Assembly: GCA_045118595.1 (NCBI GenBank)
Contig: JBGUYH010000044.1
Location: 36,834-100,833, forward strand
DNA from: Bacteroidales bacterium
Lineage (GTDB): Bacteria; Bacteroidota; Bacteroidia; Bacteroidales; Marinilabiliaceae
DNA length: 64,000 nt
Direction: 5' to 3'
The notes below the pieces were generated by a model that was given only the letters and a program-made list of their open reading frames with translations, made no database searches and had not been told where the DNA came from. The position numbers and the translations under genes are program-made. This document shows positions 56,665-64,000 of the stretch, in pieces (the stretch's first letter is position 1; every line of letters begins with the position of its first letter).

Positions 56665-57558
56665 TTAAATATCTAAAACACTCTTTTTATAATCGGCTAC
56701 AACTATTCCTATCAATATAAAAATTGTTGCTATAATTGTAATTAAAGTTACTTCTGCATCCATAAAAAATGCCGATACAAGAAGTGAAACAATTGGCAAT
56801 AAATACAAAAAATTATTCGTTACCACTATACCTATTCTATTTATAGAAACATTCCACAACCACAAACATAGAGCCGATGCCACAATACCTAAATAGAGTA
56901 TTGAAAGCCACACATCTGATGAAGATGCAAGTGCATATATTTCTTGCTTATCGAACATAAAAATAGTAATTGGTAATATAGTAACAAGCGAATAAAATAA
57001 CATACGACGCTCAACCACAGTTTCTGGAATATTCTTCTCCACCCTACTTAAAACAACTGTATAAACAGCCCAAAGTAAAGAACTCAATATGGCTAAAAAA
57101 TCACCAAGTGGAAATATTTCTAACTCAAAATTACCATTAGTAACCAATATAAAAACGCCAATAAAAGCCAAAAACGAACCTAAAAGAAATGTAATTGTTG
57201 GTTTTTCCCGTTTCAAAAATAAATCTATTCCTGTTGATATTATGGGAACAGTTGCACTTATCAGCCCAACATTTACAGCCATTGTTCGTTGCAGTGCCAT
57301 ATATTCAACTAAAAAATAGATTGAACCACCACATATTCCAACTAAAAATAGCTTTAATTCTGTTACACTCCATTCAAAATATAATAATCTGTCGGTATTT
57401 ATAAAACACAATACCACATAAGCCAACACAAATCTGATAGTCATAAGCATAATAGGCGACACTCCAGCATCTAAAATATGTTTAGATGCAACAAAAGTAG
57501 ATCCCCACACAAAAGATGTAATCAGAGCTGGGATATAATTAAAAAAATTACTCTTCAT
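56665..57558 (-). CDS. DMT-superfamily (EamA) transporter
   Basis: 297 aa. Ten hydrophobic helices arranged as two EamA-like halves. Confidence 0.7.
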   Translation of the reverse strand: MKSNFFNYIPALITSFVWGSTFVASKHILDAGVSPIMLMTIRFVLAYVVLCFINTDRLLYFEWSVTELKLFLVGICGGSIYFLVEYMALQRTMAVNVGLISATVPIISTGIDLFLKREKPTITFLLGSFLAFIGVFILVTNGNFELEIFPLGDFLAILSSLLWAVYTVVLSRVEKNIPETVVERRMLFYSLVTILPITIFMFDKQEIYALASSSDVWLSILYLGIVASALCLWLWNVSINRIGIVVTNNFLYLLPIVSLLVSAFFMDAEVTLITIIATIFILIGIVVADYKKSVLDI

Positions 57559-57656
57559 AAGAGCATAAACTTATATTTTAATCACATAATAGATATTTTA
57601 CATTCATTTATGTAATTTATAAACCTGTTTTTAGTTTCAATATTAAATATATAGAT

Positions 57657-57674
57657 ATGTTTCACATGAAACAT
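57657..57674 (-). other. palindrome ATGTTTC ACAT GAAACAT abutting the uvrC stop codon
   Basis: Read directly from the sequence. 7 bp stem and 4 nt loop, overlapping the stop codon by 1 nt. Confidence 0.6.
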
Positions 57675-59515
57675 TACATATCTTCATTATGAAAATATTT
57701 ATACACAATATTACCTTTACTCTTACCTAATAAAGATACTAAATCTTCTTTATTTGCAGAACTAATATTAACCACACTCTTAAATGTTTTTAAAAGCATC
57801 TCTTTTGACTTTGGACCTATACCAGAAATATTATCCATCTCTGATGCAATCATAGACTTACTTCTCTTTTCACAATGAAATGATATTGCATAACGGTGCA
57901 CTTCATCTTGAATACGAGTAAAAAATCTGAATATTTGATCATTTTTACTTAATCCTACCACCTTAGGAGGAAAACCTATAAGTAATTCTTTTGTTCTATG
58001 CTTATTATCTTTCACAAGACCAAGAATAGATATATGCAAACCTAAAGCACCTTCAGTAGCCTGTCTAATTACTTCCATCTGCCCCACACCACCATCAGCA
58101 ATTATTAAATCAGGCATTTCTGCTTTTTCTTCCTTCAATCTTGAATAGCGGCGATAAACAACCTCATACATCGAAGCATAATCATCAGGTCCCTCAACTG
58201 TTTTTATATTAAACTTTCGATAATCAGATTTTGAAGGCTTTCCATTTTTAAACACTACACATCCTGCAACAGCATTAGTTCCTTGAATATTTGAATTATC
58301 AAAACACTCTATATAACGTGGCAATTTATCTAAATTCAAACACTCTTTAATTACAGCCAATAATCTATCTTCTCTACTCTCATTATTTTTAATACTATTC
58401 TGTTTAATTTTTTCAAGCTTATACATCATAGCATTTTTCTTCGACAAATCGAGCAAACTCTTTTTATCACCAGATTGTGGTATAATAAAACGTATATTTT
58501 CAAAATCTACATCAGGTTTAAATGGTACAATTATTTCTTTTGATAACACACCCATTCTCTCTTTCACTTCTTCTATAGCATACGATAATATTTCAAATTT
58601 ATCACCGCCAAGTTTATTTTGATATTCCATCGTAAAAGAGTTTACAACAGAACCATTAAGAACTCGAATAAAATTTACAAAATATGTTTTATCAACATTC
58701 TCCTCTTCTGTATTTTCAATAATATAAAATACATCAACATTTAACAACGAATTAACAGAAACTACCGATTTAGCTTGATATTCTGATAATAATTCTATTT
58801 TTCGCTTTAATTCCTGTGCTCTCTCAAATTCTAAATTTTCAGCACACTCCATCATTTGTTGTTTATATGCCGATACAACTATCGATGTATTACCACGTAA
58901 TATATTTCTAATATCAGAAATATATTTCATATAATCGTCAGATAATATTAAACCTTCACAAGGTCCTGAACAATTTTTTATATGATATTTCAAACAAACT
59001 TTATACTTCCCTTGTTTTATTTTTTCATCAGATAAGTCGTAATTACAACTTCTTATAGGATAAAGTTTCTTCAGCATATCAGTAATAAATCTAAGCTGAA
59101 TTATAGAGGAATAAGGACCATAATAAATACTACCATCCTTTATTACATTTCTTGTCATAAATACACGTGGAAAAGGTTCTTGTTTTACAACAATCCACGG
59201 ATAAGATTTTCCATCTTTAAGCAGTATATTATAGTGTGGTTGATATTTTTTTATAAGATTATTTTCAAGAAAAAAAGCATCACTTTCTGTATCAACTACA
59301 ATATGTTTTATATTAAAAATTTTACTTACAAGTATTTTTGTTTTTAGATTATGCTTCTTATTAAGAAAATAAGAAGAAACTCTTCTTTTTAAATTTTTTG
59401 CCTTCCCTATATATATAATCTTATCATTTTTATCAAAATATTGATATACACCTGGTGTTTCTGGTAAAACTTCAATAAGTGAATGAAGGTATTTTAATCG
59501 TTCATTATTTTCCAT
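57674..59515 (-). CDS. uvrC: excinuclease ABC subunit C
   Basis: 613 aa. GIY-YIG start PGVYQYFDKNDKIIYIGKAKNLKRRV, UVR domain, RNase H-like endonuclease domain and C-terminal HhH. Confidence 0.9.
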   Translation of the reverse strand: MENNERLKYLHSLIEVLPETPGVYQYFDKNDKIIYIGKAKNLKRRVSSYFLNKKHNLKTKILVSKIFNIKHIVVDTESDAFFLENNLIKKYQPHYNILLKDGKSYPWIVVKQEPFPRVFMTRNVIKDGSIYYGPYSSIIQLRFITDMLKKLYPIRSCNYDLSDEKIKQGKYKVCLKYHIKNCSGPCEGLILSDDYMKYISDIRNILRGNTSIVVSAYKQQMMECAENLEFERAQELKRKIELLSEYQAKSVVSVNSLLNVDVFYIIENTEEENVDKTYFVNFIRVLNGSVVNSFTMEYQNKLGGDKFEILSYAIEEVKERMGVLSKEIIVPFKPDVDFENIRFIIPQSGDKKSLLDLSKKNAMMYKLEKIKQNSIKNNESREDRLLAVIKECLNLDKLPRYIECFDNSNIQGTNAVAGCVVFKNGKPSKSDYRKFNIKTVEGPDDYASMYEVVYRRYSRLKEEKAEMPDLIIADGGVGQMEVIRQATEGALGLHISILGLVKDNKHRTKELLIGFPPKVVGLSKNDQIFRFFTRIQDEVHRYAISFHCEKRSKSMIASEMDNISGIGPKSKEMLLKTFKSVVNISSANKEDLVSLLGKSKGNIVYKYFHNEDM

Positions 59516-59533
59516 ACTTCCATAAGTGTAACC

Positions 59534-59547
59534 GTTCCACGTGGAAC
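59534..59547 (-). other. perfect 14 bp palindrome GTTCCACGTGGAAC between mnmG and uvrC
   Basis: Read directly from the sequence. It ends 2 nt from the mnmG stop codon and 19 nt upstream of the uvrC start. Confidence 0.6.
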
Positions 59548-59548
59548 A

Positions 59549-61426
59549 TCAATGTCCTAATAATACCAAAAGTATTGAAATATCAGCCGGAGAAACACCA
59601 GAAATACGACGAGCTTGATTAATATTTTCTGGATCTATCTTTATTAGTTTTTCGCGCGCTTCAAAACTTAATGCCGATATTTTACTATAGTCTATTTTTC
59701 CTCTCAAATTTATATATTCGAGTCTGTTAAGCTTTTCTACAGCCTGCTTTTCACGCTCTATATAACCAGAATATTTAATATCTATCTCAACAGAGTCTAA
59801 TACTTCTCTGCGTAACGATTCTGGTATTTTGTCTGCAATTTTTTTAAAATCACCATACTCATTAACTAAATCATAAATTGTTATCTGAGGACGAGAGAGT
59901 AATTGATTGAGGCGTACAGAAAATTGAAGCTTATCAGTGCCTTTACTCTCCAAAAATGCAGCTGACTGTTCTGGTGTAGCTTTTTTCTTTGCTAAATATG
60001 TGTGTACAATATCTTTATGCTTCAACTTATCTTGAAAATGATTATATCTATCATCACTAACTAATCTTATAGATCGACCTATTGGAGTTAGACGCTCATC
60101 GGCATTATCTTGACGTAGTAGTATACGAAATTCAGCACGCGATGTAAACATTCTATATGGTTCATCAACACCTTTAGTTATTAAGTCATCTATTAGAACA
60201 CCTATATATGCTTCATCTCTGCGCAATATAAATGGATCTTGATTGAGTGCTCTTTTAGCAGCATTGATACCAGCCATTAATCCTTGCCCTGCTGCCTCTT
60301 CATAACCTGTTGTTCCATTAACTTGTCCGGCAAAATACAAATTTCTTACAACTTTCGATTCTAATGTGCGTTCGAGCTGAGTAGGATCAAAATAGTCATA
60401 TTCAATAGCATAACCTGGACGATATATATAAGCATCTTGCAATCCATCAATACTTTTTATTGCTTCAAATTGTACATCAAGTGGTAAACTACTACTAAAT
60501 CCATTCAGATAATACTCTACTGTGTCAGTACCCTCTGGCTCCAAAAATAATTGATGCCTATCTTTATCTGCAAAGTTTACAATCTTAGTCTCTATACTCG
60601 GACAATAACGCGGTCCTTTTGATTTTATTGTTCCATTAAACAATGGTGAATATGGAAGCGCATTTCTTAAAATATCATGAACATGCTCATTTGTATATGT
60701 AATATAACAAGGCATTTGTTTTTGTGTCTTGTTATTTATTGGCATAAATGAAAATCTATAGCCATTATCTTCAGCTGGTTGTTCTGTTGTTTTTGAAAAA
60801 TCTATTGTTCTGCCATCTATTCTAACTGGTGTACCTGTTTTCATTCTATCCATGCGAACACCAAGTTTACATAATTGTTCGTTTATACCGCCAGTAGAAG
60901 CATCAGCCATACGACCACCTGAAAAATTAACGCTTCCTATATGAATAAGGCCATTTAAGAATGTTCCTGCAGTTATAACAACAGTTTTTGATCTGAAATT
61001 AACATTTTCACGCGTATGTACACCACAAACTACACCTTCTTCTATCAAAAGTTGATCAACAGAGTCTTGCCATAAAAAAAGATTAGGCAACGACTCAAGT
61101 TGTTGCCTCCAATAGAGCGAAAATTTTGTTTTATCACATTGTGAACGTGGCGACCACATTGCAGCACCTTTCGACTGATTAAGCATCCTAAATTGTATCG
61201 ATGATTTATCAGTAATAATGCCAGTATATCCACCTAAAGCATCAATCTCTCTAACAATCTGTCCTTTAGCAATGCCACCAATAGCTGGATTACACGACAT
61301 TGCTGCTATTTTTGTTAAGTCAAGAGTAATAAGCAGAGTTTTACATCCCAAATTAGCTGATGCGCATGCAGCTTCACAACCTGCATGACCAGCACCAACT
61401 ACAATGACATCATATTCAAAAGTCAT
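59549..61426 (-). CDS. mnmG: tRNA uridine 5-carboxymethylaminomethyl modification enzyme
   Basis: 625 aa. FAD motif YDVIVVGAGHAGCEAA, CNPAIGG, and FFAGQ-like YFAGQVNGTTGYEEAA. Confidence 0.92.
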   Translation of the reverse strand: MTFEYDVIVVGAGHAGCEAACASANLGCKTLLITLDLTKIAAMSCNPAIGGIAKGQIVREIDALGGYTGIITDKSSIQFRMLNQSKGAAMWSPRSQCDKTKFSLYWRQQLESLPNLFLWQDSVDQLLIEEGVVCGVHTRENVNFRSKTVVITAGTFLNGLIHIGSVNFSGGRMADASTGGINEQLCKLGVRMDRMKTGTPVRIDGRTIDFSKTTEQPAEDNGYRFSFMPINNKTQKQMPCYITYTNEHVHDILRNALPYSPLFNGTIKSKGPRYCPSIETKIVNFADKDRHQLFLEPEGTDTVEYYLNGFSSSLPLDVQFEAIKSIDGLQDAYIYRPGYAIEYDYFDPTQLERTLESKVVRNLYFAGQVNGTTGYEEAAGQGLMAGINAAKRALNQDPFILRRDEAYIGVLIDDLITKGVDEPYRMFTSRAEFRILLRQDNADERLTPIGRSIRLVSDDRYNHFQDKLKHKDIVHTYLAKKKATPEQSAAFLESKGTDKLQFSVRLNQLLSRPQITIYDLVNEYGDFKKIADKIPESLRREVLDSVEIDIKYSGYIEREKQAVEKLNRLEYINLRGKIDYSKISALSFEAREKLIKIDPENINQARRISGVSPADISILLVLLGH

Positions 61427-61453
61427 TTTAGTTGATAATTAAATGAATATTAA

Positions 61454-61891
61454 CTACTTAGAGATTTCAGATTTGAGTTCTGAAAGCATCTTTAAAGCCA
61501 CTTCTTCAGCTTTTCTCATTTTAGCCTCATCGGCAGGCTCTTTATCTTTCAAGCCACATAAATGCAGCACACCATGTATTACAACACGATGTAGTTCATC
61601 AATATATGATGTTTTGAATAATTCAGAATTTGATTTTACTGTATCAACAGATATGAACATATCACCTGATAAAATATCGTCTTCTACATAATCAAAGGTG
61701 ATAATATCGGTATAATAATCATGTTGAAGGTATTGACGATTTGTTTCTAATATTTTATCGTCATTGCAAAAAATATAACACAACTCACCTACTCTGTAAC
61801 CATATGACAGAGCTACTTGCTTAATCCACTTTTTAATAAGGAGACGTTCATTAAGTTTAGCATTAACATCCTCCTCTATAAAAGTAATCAT
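61454..61891 (-). CDS. ybeY: rRNA maturation RNase YbeY
   Basis: 145 aa. Zinc motif HGVLHLCGLKD. Confidence 0.88.
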   Translation of the reverse strand: MITFIEEDVNAKLNERLLIKKWIKQVALSYGYRVGELCYIFCNDDKILETNRQYLQHDYYTDIITFDYVEDDILSGDMFISVDTVKSNSELFKTSYIDELHRVVIHGVLHLCGLKDKEPADEAKMRKAEEVALKMLSELKSEISK

Positions 61892-62304
61892 TCTTCTAAT
61901 TTAAATTTTAAAGTGACTGTGCGCCCCTTATCAGAAAATATAACCTCATCGGCAAGATGACGCATCAGAAATATGCCACGCCCACAATCCTTTTCAATAT
62001 TTTCAGGCGCAGTAGGGTCTGGAAGTGAATCAGGGTCAAAACCATCACCCTCGTTAGTTATTGTGTATTCAATAAATTCATTATCAATAACATAACTAAC
62101 AATAACCTTTTTATTCTTGTCAGATTTATTACCATGAACAATGGCATTATTAAGAGCTTCGACAACAGCCAAAAGCAACTTGCCATAAACCTCATCGTTT
62201 AATTCACATGCCGCTGATTGATTATCAATCAACTTTTCAACAACGCCTATATTCTGAATGTCTGACGCAAACTCAATAGTATCACCTATGTGAAACCTGT
62301 TCAT
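61888..62304 (-). CDS. RsbW/SpoIIAB-like anti-sigma-factor serine kinase (GHKL ATPase)
   Basis: 138 aa. N-box LAVVEALNNAIVHGN and G-boxes NEGDGFD and GRGIFLM. ATGA overlap with ybeY. Confidence 0.7.
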   Translation of the reverse strand: MNRFHIGDTIEFASDIQNIGVVEKLIDNQSAACELNDEVYGKLLLAVVEALNNAIVHGNKSDKNKKVIVSYVIDNEFIEYTITNEGDGFDPDSLPDPTAPENIEKDCGRGIFLMRHLADEVIFSDKGRTVTLKFKLEE

Positions 62305-62386
62305 CGCTTAAATATATATATTTTAACTATTATACGTTCGTAGATATTTTAATGTTTCACATTTAAACGTAATAAAGTAATATATT

Positions 62387-63553
62387 TTAATAATCTTCAA
62401 GCCAATCAAGTGGATTTTGTTTTTCATCAGCTATCCAAAATTCAAAATGTAGTATATTCGAGTTTATTCCTTCACCTGAATATACCTTTCCAAGTTCGGT
62501 ATTAACTGTTACATTTTCACCACTTTGAACCCACACTTCAGATAGATTTGAATATACAGTTAATACATTTTCATGACGTATTATAACCGATGCATTGCTA
62601 CCTGGTATCATTATAACACGAGATACTTTACCTGCATGTATTGGGTGAATTTTTTTACTATCGAGAATATCAATGTCGATACCATTATTTTTCACCATTA
62701 AATTTGGTATCAGTTGATGTTCATGCTCGCCAAATGTACTAACTACAACATATTTTGAGCATGGCCACGGCAACATACCTTTATTTTTAGTTATATCTGA
62801 AGCTAAAGCTGGTTTTGTTCCATTTTCTTTTGCTTTACGAGCCTCTTCACGTATGAGTGCAACTATCTTATCTTCAAGTTCTTGCTTTCTTTTTTCAGCG
62901 TCTGTTATTTGCTGCAATAGATTATCTTGGCGCTTTGAAAATTGTTCTACCCTACTCTGCCTATCTGTCAGTTCTGATTCAAGTAAAACAGATTCTCGAC
63001 GAGCATCGGCCAATAGTTTGTCGAGTTGAGCACGTTTCTGAAGAACTTTCTCTTTTAATTCTTCAAAAAAGGCCATTTTTTCCTTTATTTGTTCGGCTTG
63101 TACTCTCTTATACTCATTATATTGTTTGATATAAATAAAGCGCCTATAACTCTCGTTAAAACTCTTTGCCGATAGTATGTATATCAAACTATTTTTCTCT
63201 ATTTTCTTAACGCTTTGCTGATATATAATGCGTTTATAGTCATCTTTGAGCTTAAAGATCTCTTTTTCAAGTGAATCTAATTGCTGACTGAGTCGTTTTA
63301 CTTGACTTGTATATGCAAATATTTGATTGTTATATATATTTATAAGTCGCTTGCGCTTAGATATTTTATCATCAACAACTGATATTTGCATTAGTTCAGA
63401 TGTTTTCTTTTCAGAATAATCTGAAAGAAGCTTATTATTTTCATTGATGAGTTGCAATATTGCATCTTTCTCTTGATTGAGATCAGAAAGTGATTGCGAA
63501 AATGCAACAGACTCGACAAAGACAATTAATATGATAATATAGAATAATCGCAT
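62387..63553 (-). CDS. EnvC-like murein hydrolase activator (coiled coil plus degenerate LytM/M23 domain)
   Basis: 388 aa. Signal peptide and about 230 aa of coiled coil. In the C-terminal LytM fold, the expected HxxxD reads NNGID and HxH reads ILH. Confidence 0.7.
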   Translation of the reverse strand: MRLFYIIILIVFVESVAFSQSLSDLNQEKDAILQLINENNKLLSDYSEKKTSELMQISVVDDKISKRKRLINIYNNQIFAYTSQVKRLSQQLDSLEKEIFKLKDDYKRIIYQQSVKKIEKNSLIYILSAKSFNESYRRFIYIKQYNEYKRVQAEQIKEKMAFFEELKEKVLQKRAQLDKLLADARRESVLLESELTDRQSRVEQFSKRQDNLLQQITDAEKRKQELEDKIVALIREEARKAKENGTKPALASDITKNKGMLPWPCSKYVVVSTFGEHEHQLIPNLMVKNNGIDIDILDSKKIHPIHAGKVSRVIMIPGSNASVIIRHENVLTVYSNLSEVWVQSGENVTVNTELGKVYSGEGINSNILHFEFWIADEKQNPLDWLEDY

Positions 63554-63558
63554 ATTGG

Positions 63559-64000
63559 TTAGTATTCAAGTTTAGCTGACCCATTTAGGGTTATATTCTT
63601 TACATTTATTTTGAAGTCAAAATTATTATTTCCTTGATTAATAGCAAGATTCATCGATTTTGGTAGCATAAAATTATCGACATTTGTGTAATCTGAACAG
63701 TCGAATATCATAGACATTCCCATGTAATTGGCATTGACCTTAGATAAGGTCATATCATCATTAATTATTATTTTAATGCTCACAAATTGATCTGCTCTAT
63801 AGAGTACGTATTTATTATTCTCTATATAAAGCGTAAAATTACGAAAATCGTTATCGCCAAAAAATTTGAATGCTTGTGGTACATTACCAATTATTGATGA
63901 ACGCATAAGTGGCAACATATCGTCAGGAAAAGTTTTTATTCCATCTTTGTTTGCAACTTTACTTTCATACATTAAAAATCCATTATATATCTGCAATTTA
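63559..64000 (-). CDS. DUF4292-like protein, C-terminal part (probably continues beyond the right edge)
   Basis: The frame is open to the window end. Its position directly upstream of the EnvC-like gene matches the usual bacteroidete arrangement. The family name is from memory. Confidence 0.45.
   Translation of the reverse strand, partial: KLQIYNGFLMYESKVANKDGIKTFPDDMLPLMRSSIIGNVPQAFKFFGDNDFRNFTLYIENNKYVLYRADQFVSIKIIINDDMTLSKVNANYMGMSMIFDCSDYTNVDNFMLPKSMNLAINQGNNNFDFKINVKNITLNGSAKLEY

Noticed and set aside
1-64000. CRISPR arrays, IS elements, integrases, prophage or known defence-system genes
   Set aside because: No spaced direct-repeat array exists. No translation shows transposase, recombinase, capsid, terminase, restriction, helicase-nuclease or toxin-antitoxin hallmarks. 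The only nuclease-family gene is the pseudogene at 9273-9685.

Overview
This 64 kb window looks like chromosomal DNA from a Bacteroidota, probably Bacteroidales-like, organism. The evidence is a SusC/SusD pair, a T9SS-type C-terminal sorting domain, and the Bacteroides-type -7 promoter box TAnnTTTG upstream of most transcription units. All protein family names are my own motif reading of the translations; no database was searched.

Coding density is high. Housekeeping genes are deoxynucleoside kinase, queD, deoC, a MazG-like gene, dtd, purD, pflB, mscL, dinB, uvrC, mnmG and ybeY. They are interleaved with envelope and accessory genes:
- four small outer-membrane beta-barrel genes;
- a 1384 aa T9SS surface protein with 7 tandem InlB-B-like repeats;
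- a GH28 gene next to an orphan sensor kinase;
- a six-gene beta-glucan PUL (SusC, SusD, surface glycan-binding lipoprotein, GH16, GH5, GH3);
- a BacNav-like ion channel;
- a beta-propeller lipoprotein paired with a CXXC membrane protein;
- a CoA-transferase pair.

One tRNA-Leu(CAA) is present. I found no rRNA, CRISPR array, transposase, integrase, phage gene or recognisable defence system.

The items most worth a second look are:
1. a promoter-to-terminator unit of about 170 nt with no credible ORF (27843-28024), a candidate sRNA whose promoter and 5' end share 19 of 20 nt with the promoter of an orphan secreted-protein gene at 42810;
2. an abrupt drop of about 15 GC points from about 56.6 kb to the right edge, covering core genes, plus a similar low-GC block inside the T9SS cargo gene;
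3. a PUL with no adjacent regulator but three helically phased direct repeats upstream of susC;
4. a recent 507 bp in-frame tandem duplication in the PUL surface protein;
5. a tight purD-linked four-gene membrane/glycosyltransferase/redoxin-like cluster of unknown function;
6. an RsbW-like kinase translationally coupled to ybeY;
7. a clearly decayed AAA-ATPase/PD-(D/E)XK pseudogene.

I cannot claim a new system; these are leads, not demonstrations.
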